Origin: Monosiga brevicollis MX1 | Taxonomy: Eukaryota | Reading direction: 5' to 3' | Assembly: GCF_000002865.3 (NCBI RefSeq) | Contig: NW_001865048.1 | Location: 397,757-461,756 of the forward strand | DNA length: 64,000 bases | In this document: positions 12,775 through 23,700 of the stretch, piece by piece | Position numbering within the stretch: position 1 is the stretch's first letter | How the letters are laid out: every line of letters begins with the position of its first letter | The notes under the pieces: generated by a model | The model's database searches: none | What the model was told of the DNA's origin: nothing | Seen by the model: only the letters and a program-made list of their open reading frames with translations | Position numbers and translations under genes: made by a program

Positions 12775-12937
12775 NNNNNNNNNNNNNNNNNNNNNNNNNN
12801 NNNNNNNNNNNNNNNNNNNNNNNNNNNNNNNNNNNNNNNNNNNNNNNNNNNNNNNNNNNNNNNNNNNNNNNNNNNNNNNNNNNNNNNNNNNNNNNNNNNN
12901 NNNNNNNNNNNNNNNNNNNNNNNNNNNNNNNNNNNNN
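12775..12937. other. Assembly gap (N run)
   Basis: Run of N, flanked by GA repeats on the right. Confidence 0.99.
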
Positions 12938-14435
12938 AGAAGAGAGAGAAGAGAGTGGAGAGAGAAGAGAGAGAGAGAGAGGGAGAGGACCAAGAGTTGA
13001 TCAAGGTGGCAGTGCAGTAACCTGTGTGTACCCGGTTTCCCCTTGTCCGAATTCTTTTGGCACTGCACCAAATCAGGGCAGGGTGGCAGTGCGCGAGCGA
13101 GCGAGCGAGAGGGGCACAGGCCGAGGCCTCGGGTCCAAGGGCCACAACACCAAGACGCGTCGTTGTGGCCCTGCCGGTCTGCCGTTCGGTGTGTGTGTGT
13201 GGGGTGTGGGTGATGTTGCAATCGGTCACCGCGCAATCCCATGATTACGACATACCATGTCATCGGCTTTGTAATGTGGCTGTACATGTGGTAGCACGGC
13301 GACGAGGGGATGACACTTGGTCTCCAAGCCACCGTCCAGTGATGGGTATTTGAATTGTTTTCCGATTGTTTCCTGCATTAAGATTGATACAGAATAAATG
13401 TCAGATCTTTTCACTGCTGTGCCGCGTCGACGATCCACCCATCAGATAATACCGTAACAAATGTCACACTCTTTCCCCCTTGCCCGCTAGCCACGTCAGA
13501 GAGAGAAAGAGGAAATATTTTTTCACGACCAAGTGTAAGTGCGACCGAATCAGAGAGAGAAACTCTCTCTCTCTCTTCCTCAAGAGAGCTCCTGAGGTCA
13601 AGTGTGTGTGGGGTTATCAAGGGGGATTGCATGGGATTGTGTGATGCATGTGTGAGCTGCTGCTGCTGCAAAATGGCAGCGCAACCGTCGTTGGCGTCCT
13701 CGTGGCCTGTCGTCCAATGCCTAGCGGTTGTGGTCGTGGGATGCAATGCTCGTGTTTGAGTGCAGCGAATGGTGCATGCGCCTGCCCGGGCACGAGCGGC
13801 TGCCGACACCATGCTCGTCAGCTCGTTGGGGTCTCCGTGCCCGTGCCTTGTGATGGGTGCCTCAGCGGCACGTCGTTCCCTCGTTGTTTTCCCACAACGG
13901 GGAAGGCATTGTGGCGTCTTGGTGGACCCGTAGGCTGGGCATGGCGGGGCAAGGTGTAATGCCTTGTCCCTGCATGGGCGCGGTTTTTGAGGTGGCTTGC
14001 TGCGCGTCGGTTGGCTGCATCTGGTGTGATCGTTGAGCATAGAGTCATCCTCTTTTGATGCTCCGCTTGTTCACCACGGTGCTCAACCAGCTGCGCTTTG
14101 CACCCACGGCGGTGGCGGGGGGTGATTCATGGGGTCAAGGGATACAGGGCCAGATGTTGTCGCGTCCATACGTGTGTGTGCCTGAATGTGTGCGTGTGTG
14201 TGTGCGCGTCTCCCTGGTGGGGTGAAGGTGCTTGGCCTATCGGTCGAATGTGGGCAGGTGTTGTGCTCGACGCATTGGCTCGACACATTGGCTCGACACA
14301 TATGGCTATGCCCTACGCTCTGTCACTTCATCACCTTATCCCTCATCAACGCCTTATTTTTCTTTGCCATTGTGTATTTGTAGCTCCCGTGTCAGTTCTC
14401 GGTGACTCGTGTGTCCCCTCCCTTTGACCGTCAGC

Positions 14436-15431
14436 ATGTCTGCCATCTTTGATTGGTTTTGGTCCATCCTGGCCTCCCTTGGCCTCGCCAACAAGACTGG
14501 CAAGCTCGTCTTCCTTGGCCTCGACAATGCCGGCAAGACCACCCTTTTGCACATGCTTCGCGAGGGCCGCATGTCCACCGTTCAGCCTACCCTCCACCCA
14601 AGTAGGCTGTCTCGAGCCCTCTGCTCCCCCGTTGTAGTTCGCACGCTCGTGGTCATTTGGTTCCCTCCCTCATTTGGTTCCCTCACTCTGGTCCACTTTA
14701 CACCTGCCAGCCATGGAGGAGCTCAGTATTGAAAAGGTGACTCTCACCACGTATGACTTGGGTGGTCATTCTCAAGGTCGGTTATCTTCTATTACACCGA
14801 TACCTTTTGACGTTCTTTCTTTGGCACCGCTCATCTCACTCGAGCTGCTCACTCGAGCTGTTTCCAAACTATTCCTTCACGCCATCCTCCCTTCTTTTCT
14901 ACTTTTTTTTTTTTTTTTTTTGACTCATATCCATAAATTTTTTTTCCCCCCGTGAATTATAGCGCGCCGCGTATGGAAAACATATTTTCCAGCTGTGAAT
15001 GCCGTCGTGTTCCTGGTCGACGCGGTTGCTCGCGATCGATTCGCCGAAGCCAAGGAGGAGCTCGATGTGAGTTTATTTTCTCCCGAGCCATTCACTCATC
15101 TGCTTTGCTGCTCCTTCCACTCACCATTGACGCGCACGGAATTGAATTGTCTCGAATGGCCTTTGCCTCGTCTCGATGCTCGCAGAGCTTGCTGAGCGAC
15201 GAACAAATTGCAGATGTACCCATCTTGATCCTGGGCAACAAGATTGATGACCCGAACGCCGCCGGTGAAGACGAACTCCGCGCTGCACTTGGTCTCTTTG
15301 GCCAGACCACCGGCAAGGGCCAGGTGCCCCGCAGCTCCCTGTCATCGCGCCCCATGGAGCTCTTCATGTGCACCGTCCTGAAGAAGCAGGGCTATGCTGA
15401 AGGGTTCAGGTGGATTGCTCAATACCTCTAG
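14436..15431 (+). CDS. SAR1: Small GTPase Sar1 (COPII); exons about 14436-14601, 14711-14776, 14963-15066, 15186-15431
   Basis: [56 protein letters not shown] and [17 protein letters not shown] introns keep the frame. Confidence 0.98.
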
Positions 15432-16165
15432 ATCAGATCCTCTCGCCGGCGACCGCCGCTCTCTTCTCTTTGCTTTGTGACCAAATTTCCTCCCAGGCGA
15501 GCGCACGAATGTTCTTGTATGCTTCTCTATGTGGCGCCAAGTTGTTTTCTCCGATGTCGGGAGACGTGCTTTTCTCGCTTGATGCCTGTGGCTTGTGAGT
15601 TGATCGGGTTGCGCAGTGGCCGTGCTGCTGGTGCCGCCGTTCTCCCTTGTCTCGTGCTCGTCTTGTGCTGCGTAATTGCTCTTGTTTCCATCCGTGTTCT
15701 GTCACCTGGCGGTTGTCTGTTTGACCAGCATGTGATGTCGTCCCTCGTGGCTACTTTTTGTGCCATGCGTCTGCTTTTTCCCTTGGGGTCTTCGCACTTC
15801 TCTGCCCCGCGCTGCTCTCTTTTTTCTCTCTTCTCTCGCTCTCTCTCTTTCTGCGCGACGCGCCTTCTCCGTTTTCTTCTCCACCTCGTTAGTGTTTCCC
15901 GATTTCTATGCCTCGCTCTTGTTCGTTTGCTCTCAGCGGTGGCCCTGGCGAACCCATTCTCCCCCCTTGGCTTCATTTGCCATCCATCCTTACACTCCTG
16001 TCAATTCGACTTTTTCCAGGATTGATTCATTCGATTGCTGGCCAATCGCTTTGGTGTTAAAAGAAGTAAGAGTGGGGTCATTCATGTTCTCATGATTTGG
16101 CAATGGCTGCTCGGAAAGTGTCCCGAACTTCCAAACAGCGGTGTGGCTCGGCCAGCGAGGGGCCC

Positions 16166-17716
16166 TCAAACTCGTTGGAATGGGGCAGCAGAGCTTGTCT
16201 CTGCACATACACAAGCGCCGTCCACCAAACGAACACCGATGCAATCAGGGTCAGCACAGGCCCCAACAAAGAGAGGCTCCACCAGTGCCGAGCTGTTGGC
16301 CAGTGCCAAACCACTCGGATCAGTGGAAAATAAGAGCTCGTCCCAGCGAAAGCGGAGGTCATCCGTCGTTGGCTCACCGGCCGAGCGATCAGCCGTCACC
16401 GCGGCCCACGAGGCGTTGAAGCGCGCCCGAACACCAAACCAATCTGAGCCAGCTGTCGCGTTGGCAAAGGTAGGCAAGGCCGAGAGCACAATGGGATCCA
16501 GCACGCGTACGTTAGCTCGCTCCATGCCCAGGATCAGCCGGTCTGGGGGTACATCGCAGTTTGTGCTGGTGTTGGGCGCACAGATGAAATGTGTCTCGTA
16601 AGGATTGGTAGCCCAGATCAAGGGCCAGCCCTGCTCCACACACCAGGCGCGCAGCGTCGCAGCTTCATCTGTGCCAAACATCAGGTCAAAAGATGCCATC
16701 ATCATCTTTACACTGGTTGGGTAGCGCAGGGTGGCCAGCGTGTTCACCTCGAGATAGCCAAAGGTGTTCTCCACAAAGGTGAGAGCCAGGCCGGCATCGG
16801 GGCGAGTGTAAGTGGTCCGGGCTAGCAAGCGCAGTACCAGCCGGGCCAAGTTGTAGGCTGGATAGGTGTCGCCGACAAGGGCTCGCGTGGAATTGTAGTA
16901 TTCAAGCCAAATGGGCAAGAGGTGGACCATCTGGTCCAAGACGCCCAGCGTGCCATTGGCCGTGGCCCATGAATGACAGTGTACGCCAAACCAGCCCGTA
17001 CCTTGGCCGTCACCACAGAGGCCAATGAACAAGCCCGTGTCAATGGGAGCAGCCAGTGCTGCACCCTGGAGGTAGCTTCGCTTAAAGACGGCAGAGATGG
17101 GACCACATTGCGGGTTTCCCAGGCTGCCCCGAAACATGTTGAGCCCAGTATACACGGGGCGATCGGCCGAGGTGTTGACGTCGGGCTGTGAGGTATTGAC
17201 AAAGGGCACGTAACCGAAAAAGCGCACCTCTGATTCGTCAGGGAATACGTTGTTGGCCACATCAATGGGAATGAAGCCCAGGGCTTGCAACAGCCATTGA
17301 TTGTAGAAGTAGGGCTGGCCGGGACCGGTCTTCATGGTAACATCCATCCCGCAATTGCCATCATCGTAGCGCCCAAAGTTGTGCACCAGCTCGGCCACGT
17401 CAAGGCCAGCGATCAGACCTGCCAAAATGTCAGCGGTTGTCCAGTTTTGCAGCTCACCAACAGTGTCCAGCTGCGCCAGATAGCCACGAAAGGCGTCCGA
17501 CTCGAGCAGCGCCGTCAGGTTGGCCACGCCGGCAGCATAGCTGGCGTTAGATATGGCTGAAGCCCGCTCAAGAACGCGAACCTGTTCCGCAGTTTGGAAG
17601 GGCAAGTCTGGCGCCGGCGCTGGCGTCCGCCCCTGGGCCTGGACCAACAAGGCCTGCCCCCAAACGGCGGCCAACAGACACACAACCAGCGCCCGTCCGA
17701 CCAACACCCACGACAT
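16166..17716 (-). CDS. Intronless secreted glycoprotein (~516 aa), DUF3626-like by motif order
   Basis: Single ORF from ATG 17716 with signal peptide MSWVLVGRALVVCLLAAVWGQALLVQA, many N-x-S/T sequons and several Cys. Motifs LVHNF, YNQW, EVRFFG, RPVYTGLN, GNPQCG, GYLEVN, FGT...GWPLIW. The CDS is well supported; the family call is tentative. Confidence 0.8.
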   Translation of the reverse strand: MSWVLVGRALVVCLLAAVWGQALLVQAQGRTPAPAPDLPFQTAEQVRVLERASAISNASYAAGVANLTALLESDAFRGYLAQLDTVGELQNWTTADILAGLIAGLDVAELVHNFGRYDDGNCGMDVTMKTGPGQPYFYNQWLLQALGFIPIDVANNVFPDESEVRFFGYVPFVNTSQPDVNTSADRPVYTGLNMFRGSLGNPQCGPISAVFKRSYLQGAALAAPIDTGLFIGLCGDGQGTGWFGVHCHSWATANGTLGVLDQMVHLLPIWLEYYNSTRALVGDTYPAYNLARLVLRLLARTTYTRPDAGLALTFVENTFGYLEVNTLATLRYPTSVKMMMASFDLMFGTDEAATLRAWCVEQGWPLIWATNPYETHFICAPNTSTNCDVPPDRLILGMERANVRVLDPIVLSALPTFANATAGSDWFGVRARFNASWAAVTADRSAGEPTTDDLRFRWDELLFSTDPSGLALANSSALVEPLFVGACADPDCIGVRLVDGACVCAETSSAAPFQRV

Positions 17717-17754
17717 GGCCCTGTGTTGCAATGAGTGAATGAGTGAAATGCACG

Positions 17755-17964
<210 letters not shown>

Positions 17965-18190
17965 GTATCATGACCATCCGTGCAGGCCCGAGGAATTCGT
18001 AAGAGCATGATACACCAATGGCACGGGCGCCAACGCGATATAGAGCAGGCAGCGCGGCGTCGAAAACTTAGGTGAGGTGGTGAAACGAGTGTTCAGCAGT
18101 GTCGAATGGCGCGCACAAAGCTTGGATCATAGCATCATGGATCGATTACTGGGCGGGTTGACAAAGTGAATGATACACAACAGGCATCAA

Positions 18191-20410
18191 CTACAAAGGG
18201 GAGGAAGACTCAGTCAAAGCAAAGCTAGGCAACGTGTTGGTGCGAGCCATCGTGGTAAATCCCGTTGCGGAGCGCGTTTGTCGATCTTCTTCTCGGAACC
18301 CATCCCGACCGTAAGTTGGGCGAGTGTCACCGGGGCCAAAACCTTGGTAAGGGCCATCGCGCAGGATGGAGGGCTGATACTCAGCCCCCAGGCGGACGGG
18401 CCGCGGTGTGCCTTTGACCTTGGGCAGCGTCTGTTGTAGGCGTTGTCGCTCTTCCCGTCGCTCCTGCAATGGCCGGTGCCATATAAACGTGACACAAACA
18501 ATCGTCAGTTGTGGGTAAGTGTTCGGTGGCTGAAGGTCCAGCGAGTGTGGCGTCTTTGGAGGCCAAAGGCGTGAAAAAATAAAAGAAAAAAGATATAAGG
18601 CTCCGAGGTCAAGAAACATACCGCCGCTTGATGTTCCTCGAAGCTATCAAACTCTGTTGCCGCGCGTAAGCTGAGATTGTGGGGTCGCTGTTTCAAGTAC
18701 TGCACCTCAAGTGGATGCTTAAAGGGGCCTTGGGGTCGATAAACGTTGCGATTGTTGACAGTCCCCGAGAGCCAGCCTCGCTGCGACCCAGTCGTTTCGC
18801 GGTCTAGCCGCATGGAGCTGCGCAATGTATTCACCAGTTCTTGGTCCGGGTGCGGTTGGTTCTTGCCTTGGCGCAAATTGCTGCGCTGTGTTGCCCGCTG
18901 TGTTTGATATGAGACATGAAATCGATCGTGAGGAAAGAGAACCAGCAAGCTGAACCATGGGACCCCCCGCCAATTCGACGGCGGGGTACCAGGGTGCAGA
19001 TCCACACGCGCGCATGCGCGTATATTTGGTACTTCGAACCAAGTTCTGACCCATAAACTCAGGATGGGGGCAAGCCGTACCAGATCATCTTGGCGAAGGG
19101 TGCGCGCCACAACGCGCACTTCCAACTCGCGTTGCCGGCCGGCTTCTTTTACCAAAACACCCTCGCGCTGCGACACAAAACGCCAGGCGAGCCCGGCCAC
19201 AAAGCGTGGGTCAGCCAGCATTTGAGACCTCAAAAGCCAGCGCAGCTGTGGTATTGGGTACCAAACACAAACCGCTTGAGTGCTCAAAAGGTAATGTTGC
19301 TTTTCCATGGCTTGAAGTTCGCGTTCCTGTTGCACCAATGGTAGCGTCACAGTCAAGGTTGTGAGGGGGCCCACTCAACCATTCGAGTCCAATCCACTGT
19401 CACCGCCGCTTGGAAATCAAAAAGTAGAATACAGCCCACCTCTTCAAGCTGCCGCTCGCGCGCCTCACGTTTGGCCGCTTGCTCAGCTTCAAAGTTCTGA
19501 AGTTGCTCACTGTACAAGGCCGAGCACGATTGAAAGTACGTTCCGGCATTGAGCACATCAGTCCGATTCACGGCGAGAGACAAGTTGCAGCAGAGCGCGC
19601 TCGAGCGGAAATCAAGCGCGTGCAAGTACTATGAAAGCCAACTGACCGCATCAATTCGTTCTGTTGACGCAGGGCCTCCATGTAAGCTTGGTAGGCCTTG
19701 AAGTCACAGACATGCCTTCGCGTGTAATAGCCACGCCACATGGCCTGGATGATGATCGCCTTTTCGTTGTAGTATTGGCGACGCCGCCGCTCAAGCGAAC
19801 CTTGGACCTGATCATCCGCAAATCCAGGAAATCAACCGGTGCAAAGAATGGAAAAGAGCAAGCAAGGCGATGCCATCAGAAGCTCGCGAGCCAATGGCAC
19901 AGGGTCACACATTGCCAACTTGCTCAACGCAAGGCACGCCCAGCATGCCGACGAGGGTCGTACCTTTGCGCGCACTTGCATCCGTTCGCAATAGCCACGA
20001 TAGGCGGCCTGGATGGAGGCGGCTGCCTGGCGGAAGCGATCAATACGCCGCCGTGCGATGACCCCGCGGAACCAGCTGCAACGGCCCCGAAGAGTGAGGC
20101 CCATGGCGATGGCATACACATGACATGGCCATGTCACGGTGCAGCATCCACGAAGCACCGCAGAGACGCGAGCGAAAAAAAGGGAAAGAACCGTGTCATG
20201 ACAGCTCTTATGAAAGGAAGCGCACCTTTGAATTGAGATGGCGGCTGCCCATTCCCGGGGTCGATGCAAGTCTGCCGCTTCATGAGCTGCCCGGTACAAG
20301 GCGGTCAAACTAAGTTGAAACATGCCCGCCGAGCGAAGTGCATGAGGAGAGCCGTTGAATGTTGGTGATCAAACTCGACCACGCAGCATCATACCGCTCA
20401 GCTTGGCCAT
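18191..20410 (-). CDS. SPATA17: SPATA17-like IQ-motif ciliary protein (multi-exon; start uncertain, about 20323-20410)
   Basis: Three IQ motifs (AAISIQ|SWFRG, AAASIQAAYRGY, AIIIQAMWRGYYTR), a coiled coil, then KQHYLLSTQAV and QGPFKHPLEV...LSLR, in the order I recall for SPATA17. Confidence 0.8.
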
Positions 20411-20618
20411 CTGTGGCCAAGGCAAACTGTGTCGCCATGACTGCAGGAGAAGAGTCCGATCCTACTGCCGACCACGCGCCCGCCTCAGCCGCGACGCGAT
20501 ACGCGTTTTCCCAGCAGCTTTGTGCCGGGAAGCAGCGGCGTTGAGCACGGACAAAGCGGCACGCGACGGGTTCTTAATGTACACCAGTACCTAGCAAAGG
20601 GTGCCAAGGTCACCACTC

Positions 20619-20692
20619 TCAACAGGCTGTGGGCCTGTCTTGACCCATCAAGTTGATCTTCTCGCTGCCACTTGAGCTGCCAATTGCACTTC

Positions 20693-20739
<47 letters not shown>

Positions 20740-23700
20740 CTGTTTGATCTGGTCGTCAAGGAAAAAATACAACTATTCACTGCATTCGCTTTCACAATTC
20801 TTTTGCGTTTCAAACGTCAAGCGCTCACAAGGGGCTGGCTACTCCTGACTCAGACGAGCGCGTTGTCGAGGCCCTTTTCATCGAGACCACCGTGTCCCTG
20901 AATCGAGGCCGTCAGTTTCTGAAAGCCGTCTGCCACCCGCACCTCCAGCACAGCACGGTAGGGCATCTTGCTTTCAGGATAGAATATCACTTGCAGTGCC
21001 TATGAACAAGCGTCACACTGTTTTCAGCTCCAGACCAGAGGTATAACCGCACGGCCACGTTTACCAAAAGCATGAAACAACAGGTGTGTGAATGCAAGTT
21101 ACCGACCTGGCGTGTATTGGCCACATTGTCTACAAAAGCGTCCAGCTCGCCCGATGAAGGCACACAATGGAACAGTGCGGCCGAGCTCCTCGAGTTGACG
21201 ATGCGGGCCTCCCACTCGCAAGGAGCCAAACCTACGATCCACAGGCGCCGCAGTCAGTCATGCCCTCCTTTTCAATCCAAACAACAACAACCCCTGGTCA
21301 TAGATGGACACGCGACAGGCCAAAATGACCCGCCACCTAGTACCTCCAGAGAATGACACACGTACCCAAATTGGCTAGCTCAATCGTCATGGTGTGTGGC
21401 TCCCCGACTAAAACGTTGCCAAAGTTGATCTAAAGGTTGGCCCCACCACGCCACCAACGTGAGTCTTAGCCGCACTACCAATGTTTCACAGACGCGCAGA
21501 GGCACACTCTCCAAACCATTCTCAAAGGGGCAGAGGGCTTAGCGTGTGAACGACACACCTGTGTGGAGGAGAGCTGCACTGAGGGCAGGGCAATGCGGGC
21601 CGCTACGGAGAGGGTTTGCACCTCCCCCATGGTACTACGCAGGGCCAAGGTGGACCACTGCTCGAGGACTCCACGCTGCAAAGTGAGACCGGAGAGTCGT
21701 GGTGCTGCGGTTGGCTGACTTGAGGTTGAATCCAAGGCCTTGATCGAGCTTGCAGATGAGCGTTGAGCCATCTGGGCCGCTTGAATCAGCTCACGCAGTG
21801 CCACACCTCGCCACTGCACCTGCAAGTTTGCAGACTGGCTGGGCGCCACACTCACCACACCTTGCTCGGCCTGCAACAGGCGGCTACCCGTGCGACGGCC
21901 CACCACAAAAGGCTCGTGAAACTCACACGTAAAAAGTGCGGTCGACGTCGAGCGGTTCGTCAAGCGTAGATCCTGGCTGGGCGCAGCGAAGTTGGCACCA
22001 GCCGAGAGCAGGGCCATGTAGTCGACATCAAATATGAGGCCGTCCACGTAGTTGTGCTCCATGTGCCAACGCATGCCACGACCCGCCAGATGGACTTTGA
22101 GCGCGTTGCGCTCAATGTTGATCATGTCGCGCTCAATGTGCACCGACGGACTGCCACGCTCAGTGGCCGCCAGGGTCGCCCATTCCAGTGGAATGTTGCC
22201 CGCATCTTCAGACAAGCCGCGCTCGAGCGCCAGGGCCGACGCCCCGCGGCTTGTGCCTGTGATGTTGGCCGCGGGTGTGGAACTCTTGACGAGGGCAATG
22301 CCGTAGCGTCGAGCCTCGGTGAGGGCACGAGTGGTGGCCAAAGCTGCCGGGACAGAAGGGCCGAGTTGACGGTTCTGTTCCAAGACAGCTTCGCGTGTGG
22401 TGGGTTCGCACGTGATGACAAGGGTGCCGTGGTAGTCGGCCACACCGGGCGGCGCGAAGCGTACGCTGACTTCGCGCTCTGATGCACGCATCATGAGGAA
22501 ACTACTATGCGGAGTCTCAAACACGACGGGCTCCGGCGTGCCGTCGTGGGGACGAACGCGTAGGCGAATGCCGCTTTCGTCCGTGTAGCTCAGCACATTG
22601 ACGAGCTTCTTATCCGTGGGCAAGCGCGTCAGACAGCGCAAACGAACGAGCACGTCCCAGGGGGAGGAGTTGCGAAGCTTGAAGCTACGTGCCGTCTGTA
22701 CCCGGAGTGCGTCGTCATCTGCAGTGCTGTCGTCCAGCATGATCCCGACGTCCACGTCGGCAAAGCGCAGAACCGGCGTTGCCCCATGACCTCCAATCAT
22801 GGCCTGCAAGACTGAGCCCTGGGCCTGTAGGCGGAGTGGAATGCGCAGCGGTTCCATGAAGCCGCCCGTAATGAGAAGTACATCCGCAAAATCGCCGTAG
22901 AGTGAGGCTTTGGCCCACACGTTCACCATAGCATCGCCACCCGCGGCCAGACGCAGGTGGTTTCGGTCGCAAGCAAAGACCACGCCCTCTGGTGCCTCTT
23001 CACGCCGCATCACCGTGGCGGGATCAACTTCGGCGTGTGATAACAGACCCTCGCGCACGTGCATCGAGTCTTGCACCAGGCAAGAGCTGCCAAACGCTAC
23101 GGGTGCCATGTATAGGTCGACGGGTACTTCGCTGAGATTGCGCAGCTGGAGTCCCAGCTGCACGGCCTGGCCTGGTTGGACCAGACCAAAGTTACACGCC
23201 GGCTGTACTTCTTGACAGTCATCAATGAGTGATTGGCGAGGGGTGCGAATTCGCTGAGGTGCACCGCGGCCAGGGTTGCGCACCAGTGCCACAGCAAGGC
23301 GAACGCCCAAGACGTGGCCCTGAAGCAGAAGGGGTTCAGGCTCTTCGTTGCCCTCCACGTCGAGCACCAGCGCCATGGGTGGGAATGGCCCCACCTTGCA
23401 GCCACGCATCGTCACTGCTAAGGGCATTGACTCAAAGGGTGCTATCACGGCCCAGGGGGGTGAACAGGTCACTTGGTACGGGTCGTCCTCCCCACCGGTC
23501 AACGTGTCAAGGGAGTTGTCGAGGCAAAGCGCCCCCGGGCGCGCCCGATAGCTCAAGGGCAGGGCCGTTGTGTTGTAAACTTGCACGTGTTGCGTGACTG
23601 GTCGACCTGCGAAGCATTCTGGAAATTGCAAGGCCGATGTTTCAAACACAAGTCGAGGTTGCTGGCCAACACATTCCAATTGCACATATTTGCGCTGCTG

